This document shows, piece after piece, positions 1-13,526 of a stretch of 64,000 nucleotides of DNA; positions within the stretch are counted from its first letter, which is position 1; each line of letters opens with the position of its first letter. The notes under the pieces are model-generated. The model was not told the DNA's origin, did no database searches, and saw only the letters and a program-made list of their open reading frames with translations. This DNA comes from Nitrospirales bacterium (GTDB lineage: Bacteria > Nitrospirota > Nitrospiria > Nitrospirales > UBA8639), in contig CBDBCZ010000017.1 of NCBI GenBank assembly GCA_965203295.1, positions 192,001 to 256,000 of the forward strand, in the 5' to 3' direction. The translations under genes and the position numbers were made by a program.

Positions 1-1841
1 GCTCGAGACCATCTCTTGCCTTCCAGCCTGTGTGTGCTGGAAGTCCAGCATAGAGGACACTTTCAGCTCCAACTATTGAAAATCGACCCAAACCAAACCA
101 TGTAAGGACAGCCATCACTGAATTACACAATACCCGTAAAACAAATGCCTTATTTAGAAGGAACACCACTCGCAATAGCATAATGCGTATGATACTCTAA
201 GGAAATCTCTAAGTTTGGGTCTGACAAGTCAATTAGTGGTGGCATCTCTGAGTTTGAAACTCTTTTTACTGATGTGCGTGGGGGTGTCTCCTCAATGTCA
301 CTATCATCACTAGCATAATAAGCTCTTTCTCACCCACTGTAGCGGTCATATTCAGAAGCTTTCACTGCCTGAACTTTTCGGTTTCCTTTCCAAAATTTGG
401 CTCCTACTGAAAACTTCTCCATGCCTTGCCCTCCAGCCAGCCTGTGTGTGCTGGATGTCTAGCATAGAGGACACTTTCAGCTCCAACTTTTGAAATTTCC
501 TTTATGTCCACACATGTTAGAAGCTCTGATTGTCCTAAGAGGCTAGCATCTTCCCTAAAAAAATATTTATGTGAACTCATTTTAGAGCCTGGCTGATGCT
601 TAATGGAAACTTTCCAAGTTCATAATCTATTTTTTTAAATCCCAAGCGTGGGTGGGCCCAGCCATGAATGTTTTCCCTGTCCAGTGATTAAGCTCACACA
701 CTGTTGAGTCTATAAGCTTGCTAGCCTTGTTCCCAGGAGATTAAGTGTACACTGACTTTACACTGACTTTAAGACCACCCACCTAACCTACTGCCTACCC
801 TCCCTGAATATTAGGCCACCCACTCTTTTGTGCAACTCCCTAGCATTGATATGGCCTCCCCCCACTCCCCCCCAGACTTTTAAAATTATGCTGTCATAAA
901 CTTTGGGTAGCCTGCTATCTGCCAAAACCCACTAAAGTATTTTCAATGCATCTTCCTTTTTGGTTGGGCATACCCCCCCCCCCCCCTAGAAGGGTGTGGC
1001 TTTCATGTACCTTAGAAGGCAATCATACTGTACTGTAAATTCACCCTGAAACATACTGTACTCTACTTATGAAGAACATGCTAGTTCGTACTTGAAATAC
1101 TTGTAGACAGGGAGTCAGATAGCCTTTTTGCTGTAGTCAAGTATCAGGTGTCTTTTCCCATCTAGATCTTATCTCTTATCTCTACAGTGTACATGTTAGC
1201 ACTAAGGGCTTCAGCTTTTCATGTACTTCTCAAAGATGTCCCATAACATTTGCTTTGTGGGTGGGTAATCCCATAAATAATTATGATAACCATTCTGCAT
1301 GCACAAAACTCTGCCCCACGCAGAATAAACAGGCCAGGCAAGCAGAAACAAGCAGTGCTGTTTTACCGCCCATGGGACTGATCCCTGCCACACACAAATC
1401 AAACACCAGTGCCCACACACCCAGATAAAAACTAGTGCTTGTGTGGTTTTACACCCCAACAACTCACAATGTTGCACAATGCCCACCTAGGTTGTGCAAT
1501 ATTGCCTATGGCCTAAGATCAACATCTGGTGGTTAGCATAGAAGCCACTAGAACCACATTCTCCAGACGTTTCAACAAACTCCATGGCAACCGCTTGGGT
1601 ACCATCTGTTGCTAATAGAGTTTGTTTACCTTTGACTATTAGGCTTTCCGTCTGCTAGCACAGGAACACCCTCTTTGTGGCTGTCTTCCAGGTAGCTACT
1701 GATTTCCCCACAAAGGAAACTATGGGGCTTAGTGATAGCATTGATGTCTGGTATGTGTGCTGACCAATCAGAATAAGGCTAGGGCAATAATTAGTTGCCA
1801 TGCTTATGAAATATGTGAGATAGTACAATAGAGTAGCACTA

Positions 1842-2017
1842 CAGTGGAGCCCCTCTATTGTGGACACCTTGGGGACCTGGTGAAATGTCCAGTATAGAGA
1901 GGTGTCCTCATTTCAGGGGTAAATTTATACTAAGAAAGCATATTTGGGACATAGCAAAGTGTCCTTAATACAGAGGTGTCCTTATTTCAGGGGTATTCTT
2001 TAAGAGGGGTTCCGCTG
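1842..2017. mobile_element. Tc1/mariner (pogo/Tigger-like) MITE
   Basis: TA|CAGTGGAGCCCCTCT ... AGAGGGGTTCCGCTG|TA: inverted termini with TA flanks; the same family recurs at 12026. Confidence 0.8.
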
Positions 2018-2965
2018 TACATCAAGAGTAGCAGTGCTGGCTTGCACATGTGACTTTTTCCTATCCCCCACAAGTTGCAAGTCCGATTGCAAATACAGTT
2101 TGGAAAACATAGCTGATGTGGCTTCCTAGTGTAGGATTGTTATTTCAATCAAAGACAAACGGGCAGACGCTACAGAAGGCTTTTTAAGCTGTACATCAGC
2201 TCACTTGGACACCAGTGTACAAACACTGCTTCTAGACTCTTTCCCAAACATCCGTTCTGCATGGAGTTAGAGGCCTGGGAATGGGGTTGTGATGTTTCTA
2301 GGCTTTGAACCATGCTAAGGTTATGGATTTGTGGTTATAATAAGAGAGAGAGCAACTTTGTGGTTATAATAAGAGAGAGAGCAACATGTTATAAAGAGTT
2401 TTGCCATAATGATTATTTTGTTGGACCTTTGAACCTTCCACTGGAAACTAAGTACGTCCTTGGATTGAGCCCCATTGATCTAGCAAGTTACAGCAGTTTC
2501 TTTGTAGCTACGTAACTCCGTATCTCAATCGTATAACTCCGAATTTTTGGATACACATGACAGGAGAATGCAATTGCTTACACTTGCACATGGAGCTTGT
2601 CTGACCCCCCTACCACCCTCCCCCCCCTCCCCGTGCGACAAGCCCTCCCTTGCATACTGGATTATTGATGTGCTGTGTGTATAGACTAATAGCCAGCTGG
2701 GTAATGTGTAGCTTCGTACAAGCATTTGTTCATTTGTAATATTTCGCTCTCCTGTAGAAAATTTGTTCGATCATGTGCTGTGTGTATAGACTAATAGCCA
2801 GCTGCTTAATGTGCAGCATAGTTTTTTCATTTGTAGTATTTCGCTTTCCTGTAGGAAATTTGTTCACAATTTGCTAGCTTGTTAAACAGGTGTTGTATTG
2901 CTGCTAAACTGGTTGGTACTGGTAAGGAACTTGTAGGAAAAACATGTGAAATCCTTGTAAGGTTT

Positions 2966-3110
2966 GCTCTGGACATGCTCTGGACATGCTCTGGACATGC
3001 TAATACACACTCTGGACATGCTCTGGACATGCTAGTACATGCTCTGGACAAGCTCTGGACATACTCTGGACATGTTCTGGACACACTCTGGACATGCTCT
3101 GGACATGCTA
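2966..3110. repeat. ~10-bp minisatellite (CTCTGGACATG-like)
   Basis: Repeated ctggacatgct / ctggacacact units. Confidence 0.85.
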
Positions 3111-4649
3111 GTACACACATCTACAAGCTCGAATGCTGTTTACAGCATAAGTCAAGGTGGCTGCATTGAATGGGTCCCTTACCTTATCGGCTGCATTCAG
3201 GCATGTCTGATTGCTGTCCAGTGTTTGTGAACTCCTTCATCTCTTGCTTTTGAAAATCCCCTGTGAATCGAGGGCGGTGCGGAAGATATGTCACTGTGTA
3301 CAGAAGTCGTGTTCGACTACAAAGCGATGTCAATAGACATCCTAGCTGTGTTCACACTGAATATTGCACCTGCTACGATATACATGTATGGTAGCCCGGA
3401 ACCTTCCGATTTCAAAGTGTGATCACCACAGTGTAATGCAGGGAAGCAATTCCTTATTAGCGATGAATGAGGACTCAATGTAGCGGCCATTGATGGTGTG
3501 ACTAGGTGGACAACGTGCTGACAGATTGCCCCTACACCACATGCCCTTCTAAATCGGTGGTTCCATATGCATGTGTACATAGTGCTGTCGTTTGCAGACA
3601 AATGATGTACCTACAACCGGCTTCAATTGCCTGTGTGTTTTCGACCCTAGGTGAGGTATTTTCGTACCTCCTTACATACAAGAGGAAAGTGTGTACGTTC
3701 AGTCGAGGCAGCGTATTGTCTGGTGCCAAGTGATGTTACATACACCTGGGCTTGAATGGATGGATTTGTAGCCGTGGTGATGAAATGTGTCGTGCGAACG
3801 TGTTGGCCATTATGCTGTTCATATTATATAACCATTTTGGCTGTCGTGTGCTTTTTACAAAAAAAAGAAAGAAATGATGCAGTTTTTTTTGCCGCTTAGC
3901 TGTCTCCATCGCTTAACTGTCATCATTTGTGTCGTACGTACACTCACTTAATTGTGATTATACAATAGAAAAAATGCAACTTGCAGCTAAGGAGCACATG
4001 TACACATGTGGCCATGTTCTGAGGCATTCTAGTGGAGATAAGCAGCACATAAAGTATCACCACGGGAGGTTTAGTAGGTTAGAACCACTGACACAGTTAG
4101 GCTAGGTTGGAGCTAGGATAGGGTTAGGCTACCATGGCTAGGCTTGGTTGGAGCCAGCTAGGGTTAGGGTTGGCCTTGGTTAGGTTAGGCTAGGATATAG
4201 AGCCAGGGTTTGAACCAGGGTTTGGCTACGTATTTAATTCTTTGCGGGATGTTACTCTTGTGGTACTGTTTATCCCAGTTGATTACTCTAGTGTGTGTAC
4301 ACACATCAAGCGAAAAATAACAGACCGCCTTCTGCAAAAATCACTCGAACAACAACTTCTGCTAAATGAATTCCCACCCACTTTATAAGCCGTTCCTCTA
4401 CCATTGACACAGCAACTGCAGCAAATTGTTTCGGAGCGGTTTTGGCATTGTGGTGAGAGAAGAATGCAGCCTCTTCTCAGTTTACAACAGCACTTGCTAA
4501 GACTAAATTGCTACTGAGGATTTTCCCATAACAAAAAACTCTTGGAGTAGCCCAGACTCCGTCTAGCCAATAGTCTACAGACATAACAATTGTGATGTTT
4601 TTGCTCTCATAGGCTGTGTCATCTGAAGGGGTTCAGATACACTATCATA

Positions 4650-4888
4650 CCTGGGAATGAGGCGATGCATGCGTGCCTGGGAATGAGACGATGCAAGTGC
4701 CTGGGAATGAGGCGATGCATGCGTGCCTGGGAATGAGGCGATGCACGCGTGCCTGGGAATGAGACGATGCACGCGTGCCTGGAAATGAGGCGATGCACGC
4801 GTGCCTGGGGATGAGGTGATGCGTGCGTGCCTGGGAATGAGGCGATGCAAGTGCCTGGGAATGAGGCGATGCAAGTGCCTGGGAATGT
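4650..4888. repeat. 22-26-bp minisatellite GTGCCTGGGAATGAGGCGATGCA(CGC)
   Basis: About 9-10 near-identical tandem units; the core CCTGGGAATGAGGC also occurs dispersed (e.g. reverse complement at 24616). Confidence 0.9.
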
Positions 4889-5940
4889 GTCCTAAGAATA
4901 AGGCTATGCGGGTGTACCAGGCTGCTACACTGATCTTTATTGACTGAAGTAGACTAAGATAATTATTATTACAACGAAACCAGCCATAAAACCTTTCGCA
5001 AACACTAGCAGTCACCTTTCAATATTCTTTGAGGCTAAAAAAGCTGTTGACATGTCATTCGGACACTGTTGATCACAGACTTTCACCCTGCAACCTCAGG
5101 ATATCAAAAATCAACTGCCAACTTATGTTTACCTGTTGTATCATTAATTGAGAGCAAATTCATGGCTGGTTTTGAAGTTACTAGCTCTATTAGAGTAAAT
5201 GCCAGCGATTATTGAAAACAAGTGTATACGTAAGTAATTCATGGCTGTTTACATGTAGCATAGGAGACTTGGCTGTTGCTGCTAGTTACGTACAGGCATT
5301 TACTAACCTGTAAATTTAAAGATATCAAAAGTAAATTTATGACTAATATTACGGTTGTTTCTGATAATCGCTGGCGGTTACCCTCTAACTTCAAAGATAT
5401 CAAAAATCAGAAGCAAATTCATGACTACATGTTTGTATCAAAAATCAGAAGCCAATTCATGACTACATGTTTATTTCTGATAATCGCTGGCGTTTATCCT
5501 CTAACTTCAAAGATATCAAAAGATCAGAAGCCAATTCATGGCCTATGCTTACAACCAGCTGCAGTTACCTAAACCACCATCCCCCCCACTGACCCTGCCA
5601 GATCAAAGAGACATGAACTGCTGCTTGTTGCAGCCTGTTAGACTTCACAACAACTGGCTCTTCCACACATCAAAGAGAGACTTCGTGTGGTGCAAACTCC
5701 TCGTGTCTGCGAGCCTACAGTGGCGGTGGTCTGGCATGGAGTCACGACGACATTGGAACCGGACGACAGTGGGTTCTGGAGCAGTCTGTCCCGGCTAGCA
5801 CTGTGTTCGGACTCCTTCAAGGGCTTCATTTAGTCTAGAGAGGAAGGATAACAGCCAGTCATGGCAGATGAAAAACAGTCCAGGGGTTTTATTCCATTAA
5901 CGTTGTGGCCAGAGGAATTAATGCTAGCAAGTGCAGCACC

Positions 5941-6090
5941 TAATCCCTTTACCAACCATAAGAAACAGCTTAAAGAAGCAGAAAAGCCTGTACTAAGTAT
6001 TAATGCCTAGTATTAAAACCCCCATATAAAGTCATATGGGCTTATGGGAGCTCATGGCGCATATATGCGTCATTGGTTGGTAAAGAATTA
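5941..6090. mobile_element. Short non-autonomous DNA transposon, piggyBac-like; second copy at ~55999-56116
   Basis: CCCTTTACCAACCA ... TGGTTGGTAAAGA inverted ends with TTAA-like flanks; the internal sequence recurs near 56000. Confidence 0.6.
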
Positions 6091-7187
6091 AGGGAGGTAC
6101 ACATTTCGGAATACTGTAGGACTGGTTTAATTGCGTAGTTAGTGAAATCTTTGCGTTTCACATTTTGAATGCAAATTATATATTATACAATTGCTTATAT
6201 AAGTGTGTGTGCATACTGCATAACGCATGACCGCATTCTAAGCTTCAAAAGAAAAAAAGGGATCACATTCGCAGATTAGTGTTGAAGCTCGTCTTACGGT
6301 AATCTGATTCTGTGACATGACCGGCGGTTTGTTTTAATATCCTAGAAGTGAGTGAACTTCAAACGTATTTTTTGAAAGCACAGAGGCATTTAGTGTCTGC
6401 TTGATTTCCTCTGCTCCTTTTGAAGCCTGGTTAGTTATGTTATGAAGCCAATGAGTTGTTACGAGACTCGTTCCCAGACCAGTTTGAAATAGGCATGGTC
6501 TGGGGACAACTGTCCATTGTGCCCAGTACTGTATAAACAGTATTCTTATAGAAGATCCGAGTGTGCTGAATTCGATAAGAGCCTTTTTATTGTCAGGAGG
6601 CTTGAGGATAGCCGTTATTAAATAGGTGTGGTTATAAACTCTAACCCTAGTTAGTGGGGTAAACATGGTGACAATTAAATTCAGGATGAGTGTTTGTTTA
6701 CTAAGTGCGCTTATGAACTTTAACCCTTATTAGACCAAATGGTCTGAGTTAGCAAATTGCATGGAGTGGGCAATATAGAGTTACCCTAGCTGTCATTACC
6801 TGGCTATATAATTTTTGGATGAGGTGTTTATTTACTTACTTAATTAATTATGTGTGCATAAGAATTTTAACCCAGTGTGTGTGGTGTGTGTGTAGCCATG
6901 GTGACAAAATAGTGCTGTTATGACCCGCCCACACTAATGCAGTGCTGGCTAATTATAATGTTTCCTAATGCGTAACATGCGTATTTTCGACCAATGACAA
7001 GAGCTGAAGTTGTATTTGTGGCAAGCATGAAGCAAGCCCCGCAGCGCCCTGCATTATAGTACGTACTCTACACGCGGTGAAGTGTAGCCAAGCAATATGC
7101 AATGTGTCAACACAGCAATGAGAAAAATTGTTTTGCCAATAAAAACTACTGTGTGTGTGTTCTAGGAAGACAAGAATTCTACACATG

Positions 7188-7800
7188 CCCTTGTCCCAAA
7201 GTTTAACTAGGGGAAACCATCCTTCCACTACTTGTATTACCTTGTCCCAACCTTCAACTAGGGGAAACTCAAAATCCCCACTCAGTCCATCCTTCCACTA
7301 CTAGTATTACCTTGTAACTAGGGGAAACCATCCTTCCACTATTAGTATTACCTTGTCCCAACCTTCAACTAGGGGAAACCCAAAATTTCCACTTAGTCCA
7401 TCCTTCCACTACTAGTATTACCTTGTCCCAACCTTCAACTAGGGGAAACTCAAAATTTCCACTTAGTCCATCCTTCCACTACTAGTATTACCTTGTAACT
7501 AGGGGAAACCGAAAATTTCCACTTAGTCCATACTTCCACTACTAGTATTACCGTGTCCCAACCTTCAACTAGGGAAAACCCAAAATTTCCATTTAGTCCA
7601 TCCTTCCACTACTAGTATTACCTTGTCCCAACCTTCAACTAGGGGAAGCCGAAAATTTCCATTTAGTCCATCCTTCCACTACTAGTATTACCTTGTCCCA
7701 ACCTTCAACTAGGGAAAACCCAAAATCTCCACTTTAGTTCATCTTTCCACTACTAGTATTACCTTGTCCCAACCTTCAACTAGGGAAAACCCAAAATCCC
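7188..7800. repeat. ~70-bp tandem repeat, ~9 copies with deletion variants
   Basis: Unit ccttgtcccaaccttcaactaggggaaacccaaaatttccacttagtccatccttccactactagtatta. Confidence 0.9.
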
Positions 7801-8376
7801 ATCCACTAGGGGAATCCACCTTACCCTAGGGAGAAACAGAATCCATTTGCACACAATAACAGCTATGTATACCAGGAAGGACTTTTAATGTACATTAGCT
7901 CAGTTTCCTGAAACAAACACAAAAACAATTGTGAAGTGCTAATATTTGCTATTAGCTAACCACTCTGGCAGTCTTGCTACAGAGGTGTGCAAGTTGGTTG
8001 TCCACAGGAGAAAGCATAATAATAGGCAGTGCCTTTAATTAGGTTAGGCTGTCAGAATCAAAGGCTAACTGTTTACACAGTTTTACTATCAACTTCAATT
8101 TGCCCATTGCACTGGACAACCAACCTGCAAACTTCTGTATGATAGTGAGGATAGTATGGGATACATTATTGCAGCTAGCATAATTTGGGTATAGTGAATA
8201 TGATAATATTAAGAAAGTTGTTTCAACTACCTGACATATGGCATGCTACTGCATGCTCTGCTGACATTGCAATGACCTGCAAGTAGTACAATGTTTCCTT
8301 GTACATATACATGTAGACTTGTAGGTATGTGTTATATAGTGCACCTGTCAATGTGCATACATGTACAAGGTTAAGG

Positions 8377-8509
8377 GGTCATGTAGGATAACCGACTCCC
8401 GGAAGTGGGTGTGGTCTTTGGGTAGCGTTAGGGCTAGGTTAGGGTTAGGGCCAGCGTTAGGGAATGTAGACCATGCCCACTTCCGGGAGTCGGTTATCCT
8501 ACGTGATCC
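8377..8509. mobile_element. Foldback/MITE with ~40-bp TIRs around telomere-like (TTAGGG) repeats
   Basis: gtaggataaccgactcccggaagtggg ... cccacttccgggagtcggttatcctac flank ttagggctaggttagggttaggg; a degenerate relative lies at ~8595-8690. Confidence 0.7.
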
Positions 8510-8763
8510 AGGTTAATTAAGGAGTCCCATCTGATACATGCACATGCACATGCACATACAAGGGCCAACAACTCTTTTTATAACCTACTGTGGTGTGGGG
8601 CGTGTTAGGGTAATTAAGGGTTAAGGTTAGGATTGAGGCCAGGGTTAGGGACTGTAGACCACGCCCTCTTTTGGGAGTGGGCTATCCCACAAGATTCGTG
8701 TACTTTCCCCCAAATGAGAATGCCTGTACTAGCATGCTATTTACACGGAAGAGTAGGGCATTG

Positions 8764-8853
8764 TTTAACCCTTTCACCAGTGGATTCTCGCTCCCATATC
8801 AATTTGTACTTCCTTGCCTCCATATGGAGGCTATACACCGGTGAAAGGATTAA
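8764..8853. mobile_element. piggyBac-like MITE
   Basis: TTAA|CCCTTTCACC ... GGTGAAAGGA|TTAA. Confidence 0.65.
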
Positions 8854-9537
8854 CAGTGGCCAATTGAAGGCCTGAGTGGTTTAACCCATAAATATCGACT
8901 TTACCCCTCCTAAACTTGAGAACACTCTTAAAATGTGTTCCAGGAGCTATATTAAGAATTTGAGATTTTGGTCATATGCTACATGTATGCTCGTAGGGTA
9001 TGCATATTTTTTACATGCAATTCCTGTAATTTCCAGTATCCACTCTAGTTCTTGGCCCTTCAATTTTACTATGCTGTTTTTTTTCTTCTGATGGTTATGT
9101 GATATGATAATAATGACTCTACAATTACCAATCCTTGATGACCATTGCTGACTCAGCTAGACATGTACATGTAGAGTATAAGCAATCCTTTGGTCATAAA
9201 CAACCCAGTAAGAACTCCAGTTTTGACCAAAAATGGTAATTTTTTTAAAGTCTTTGCTTGCTAGCTAGCGTATTGGAATGTGCTGAGCCTGTCTTCATGT
9301 AAATCAGCTGCCAAGGAAACTATCCTCCAAACACAACATTATTTGCTAGATAGTTACACCAGGCTATTACAATGATGTCATATGATGTCATAATTATGAT
9401 GTAATATGATGTCATGTAAACAAACTACTTAGTGGATGGTACCATACATAGGACTACAGACTTGCCAAGTTTCAAGTTTGTATGTCAGGCGTCCAACTAT
9501 AATAAAAGTTGTGAGTATTAGTCATCACCATGTCTGT

Positions 9538-9573
<36 letters not shown>

Positions 9574-9687
9574 CAACAATTTGTTTATTGATTAAAGAGC
9601 ATAGTTCTAATGATCCTGTAGCCCCACCCACCTCCTATAGCTTATTACACAGTAATCCTCTAGCCCCGCCCTCTTCCCACACTTCTA

Positions 9688-10150
9688 AAATAAGTGCAGT
9701 CTATAAAGTTATTTGATTGCCAATTGTACACTTAACAGCTGAGCTAAACAACCTGGAAAATCTTTTAACAACCGTACACGGCACATTAGCACGTAAGTGC
9801 ACTCTCCCGGTAATACTCCATTGATGTCTGCTCAACTGTGAAATAAGTGCGGTCTATAAAGTTATTTGATTGCCAATTGTACACTTAATTAACAGCTGAG
9901 CTAAACAGCCTGGAACATCTTTTAACAACCTTACAGGGCACATTAGCACGTAAGTGCACTCTCCCGGTAATACTCCATTGATGTCTGCTCAACTGTGAAA
10001 TAAGTGCGGTCTATAAAGTTATTTGATTGCCAATCGTACACTTAACAGCTGAGCTAAACAACCTGAAACATCTTTTAACAACCCTACATGGCACATTAGC
10101 ACGTAAGTGCACTCTCCCGGTAATACTCCATTGATGTCTGCTCAACCGTG
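9688..10150. repeat. 3 x ~153-157-bp tandem repeat
   Basis: Unit beginning aaataagtgc(a/g)gtctataaagttatttgattgcc at ~9688, 9841 and 9998. Confidence 0.9.
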
Positions 10151-10561
10151 AAGCCTCACTCTGCACCTGCCACTTCACAGGACCTGCAGAGGAGGTTCGA
10201 AGCAATCACGTGTACGTCAATAAATGCACGATGTCACGTATAGCTAATAGCATTCCTTGAGATGAATACGGAAGGTATGCAGAGGTTTACGGTATCTGGC
10301 CTACAGAACGTTTTGTAGCTCTATAACCTTCGAGGGGACGGGTGGGGACGCCGCCTCAAAAACCTTGGCTTCCAAGTATGGAGCTGTGCTTGAATGCATC
10401 GAATTCTCAGTGAGGTTGCAAAAATTTCGGTATGGTAGCGGTTTTACCACTCAGATTCTAGCTTTGAAAACTGTTAAACTTACACAAGATCACTCGCGGA
10501 GCGGCTATTATTGCTCCTCTCTGCCCAAGATGCTTTCTTTACACATCAGCCAACATCGCTA

Positions 10562-10727
10562 ATTGCATTCCACTATTAGCGCACGTGATCGCTTCCAACC
10601 TCCTCTGCTACACCTCCTCTGACGTCACAGGATCGAGCCACTCAATTGCACTCCACTATTAGCGCACGTGATCGCTTCCAACCTCCTCTGCTACACCTCC
10701 TCTGACTTCACAGGATCGAGCCACTCA
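10562..10727. repeat. 2 x ~83-bp direct duplication
   Basis: attgca(t/c)tccactattagcgcacgtgatcg...gagccactca occurs twice in tandem. Confidence 0.85.
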
Positions 10728-11559
10728 AAACTCCATCTAGCAGGCAATTAATGGCAAAAATTCTAATTAGAGCACAATTTTATTAGTCAGTTGGGGGTCA
10801 AAAAGCAAAAGTAGCAGGCAATTAATTGTCTAGCTGGCGGTCTCATTCCCGGACCCTTGCGTGGTCTGGGAATGCGACCATGTTGCAGGTTGTTGCTACT
10901 CGCTGGTACCATTGAGTGCCTAGTACGTAACTATGCACTTAATGTCTTGAATGTCACTCTAATTAGCATTCGTGTGAGAGGGTTGCCTAATGCGTGAGAG
11001 TGGGAAAGTAGGGTTGCCTAATTTTCGGCACTGCCTATTTCTGATGTGTTTTTTTTTTATTATTGTTTTTTGTTTAGTGTGTATTACTGAATAATGTTAA
11101 AAAATACACTTGTCTGCAATTAGGCACCTATCCAACTCACCTCATTAATGGCCGTCTTGGTTATGCCTTAATACCATGACCCTGAAGATAATAATATAAT
11201 CCATAAATAAAGTTTCCATGGTAACAGTTTGTAAACTTGCTGTGCTAGGGATTCACCTCAAACTAGGTGGGTTTCGTGATTGGGCATGTTTTGATGGCTG
11301 CCCGCACCAACTGGCAGACAGGCTGTCTGCTACATTGTAAGCTGATTTAGAGCTCTTGAAGTTGATCAGATTAGGAAACTGTACGCGTGGCGGAGGATGC
11401 TAAGTGGCCAACAGAAATGTAAACTAAGATAAGTGAATTAAGCACTCAGGTTAATGGTCCATGATCTTTTTGATGTCAGGATATGGCTATCTAGCTAGGT
11501 AAATAGGAACGTACAGCATCTCAAAGGTCGTGCATGCGCATGTGTACCTTACATGTGTG

Positions 11560-11725
<166 letters not shown>

Positions 11726-12024
11726 CACCAGCTGGGAAAACCTTTCAGGTGAAACACTCACGGTTTTCCGCTCAGCAACAAGCTAAACGCAGCTGGAGAG
11801 CTGCATATGAATGGCTTTCTCGCCCTGTATAACCGAACTTGGAGTCAAAATGCTGACTCGATAGTTTCATTGCACACTTCCGTTTAACGTAGTACAAATG
11901 AGGGATTAATATCCATGGCTGCTGGTTTCTTGTTCTTCATCTAGGCAACACAAAACGAAGCTGCCCTGCAGTAACTTAATTAGTTTGTAAACCATTCTAG
12001 TCATAGATTACAGCTACATACGTG

Positions 12025-12530
12025 TACAGTGGAACCCCTCTATTGTGGACACCTTGGGGACCTGGTGAAGTGTACTGTATACAGTGGAACCCCTCTATTG
12101 TGGACACCTTGGGGACCTGGTGAAGTTTTCTGTATACAGTGGAACTCCTCTATTGTGGGCACCTTGGGGACCTGGTAAAATGTCCTGTATACAGTGGAAC
12201 CCCTCTATTGTGGTCACCTTGGGGACCTGGTGAAGTGTCCTGTATACAGTACGTGGAACCCCTTTATTGTGGACACCTTGGGGACCTGGTAAAATGTCCT
12301 GTATACAGTGGAACCCCTCTATTGTGGTCACCTTGGGGACCTGGTGAAGTGTCCTGTATACAGTACGTGGAACCCCTTTATTGTGGACACCTTGGGGACG
12401 TGGTAAAATGTCCTGTATAGAGAGGTGTCCTAAATTCAGGGGTAAAATTACATGTATGTTGAGAAAGCATATTTGGATCATATAGGAAAGTTTCCTAAAT
12501 AATTATGTCCTTAGGTCAGTGGTGTCCTTT
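12025..12530. repeat. 7 x ~55-bp tandem array of a MITE left end, followed by the MITE body
   Basis: The unit tacagtggaacccctctattgtggacaccttggggacctggtgaagtgtcctgta matches the left end of the 1842-2017 MITE; the last unit continues into the MITE interior. Confidence 0.9.
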
Positions 12531-12851
12531 TATAACTCTTTCCCAGCCCAGCTTTTTAGCTCTTGTACGTACATATCAGTATTTGAAGTGATATCAGATT
12601 CGACAGCTGCAAGCCATCATGAATCAGAGACCCATGCATACCCCAGTACTGAATGAGGACAGTATTCTGTTCCATGCAAAGAGTCTGTCACTATTGACAC
12701 CACATACGTGCGTGTTGGCCAGATAAGTTACACGTTGTATTCAGGCGACGTCATCTTTGGCCAATTAATTCACACAATATTTCCTGCATTGTTTGTGGGC
12801 AGGGACAAGGAAATTGCCCCTGTGTGACTGGTTCCCAAAGAGGTGGGAAAA

Positions 12852-13213
12852 GGGGAAATGTTAGTAATTTTGTTTCCTGTGGAAGTTAATTACTATTGGT
12901 TGTCAATTCAATTTCCTTCCAAGAATCCATTTCATACTGACCTACATACACAACATGTTTATGTGGTTGTTAGGTTGCTTGTATGGCTTCCTAAAACCCC
13001 CTAAAATATTTAGTTCCTATTTCTGAGTGTTGCAAGGGGGAAATGTTAGCCATTTTGTTTCCTGTGGAAGTTACTATTGGTTGTCAATTCAATTTCCTTC
13101 CAAGAATCCATTTTATACTGACCTACATACACAACATGTTTATGTGGTTGTTAGGTTGCTTGTATGGCTTCCTAAAACCCCCTAAAATATTTAGTTCCTA
13201 TTTCTGAGTGTTG
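12852..13213. repeat. 2 x ~180-bp direct duplication
   Basis: ggggaaatgttag...tagttcctatttctgagtgttg is present twice. Confidence 0.85.
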
Positions 13214-13346
13214 TCTGCTGAGAAATGAATATGTGTGTTTGTGTCAGGTGCCTGTGATCTCACTCAGGCTCAACTTCCTGTTTCCACCATGCCTTGGGGT
13301 GTTGTTGCAGCATTTTTCATGCTTTTTGGATGTGGCATTACGTAAT

Positions 13347-13526
13347 ATTTAGATACCAGTTGGTAGTGCATTACGGGATATAGTTAGCGCGCGAGGACAA
13401 TTAAGTAACGGTCTCGGGCAGATAATGCACTCGCCTTCGGCTCGTGCATTATCCGCCCTCGACCGTTACTTAATTGTCAGAGTGCACTAACTAGTACTGC
13501 AATGCACTGCCAACTGGTATCTAAAG
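13347..13526. mobile_element. Long palindromic (hairpin) non-autonomous element
   Basis: tttagataccagttgg...gataatgcac-tcgccttcggctc-gtgcattatc...ccaactggtatctaaa. Confidence 0.7.

Noticed and set aside
3240..3840. Coding-looking sequence on the minus strand
   Set aside because: Multiple stops and no recognisable motif; cannot be assigned.
4075..4230. Telomere-like ggttag/ttaggg repeats
   Set aside because: Short, degenerate and internal; typical filler of small DNA elements, not a telomere or fusion site.
5600..5835. GC-richer possible exon inside the EXT2 intron
   Set aside because: No frame resembles EXT2 or another known protein, and it has in-frame stops.
7300..7520. ISRE/kappaB-like words (GGGAAACCGAAA) in the 70-bp repeat
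   Set aside because: Variant units of a minisatellite far from any identified promoter.
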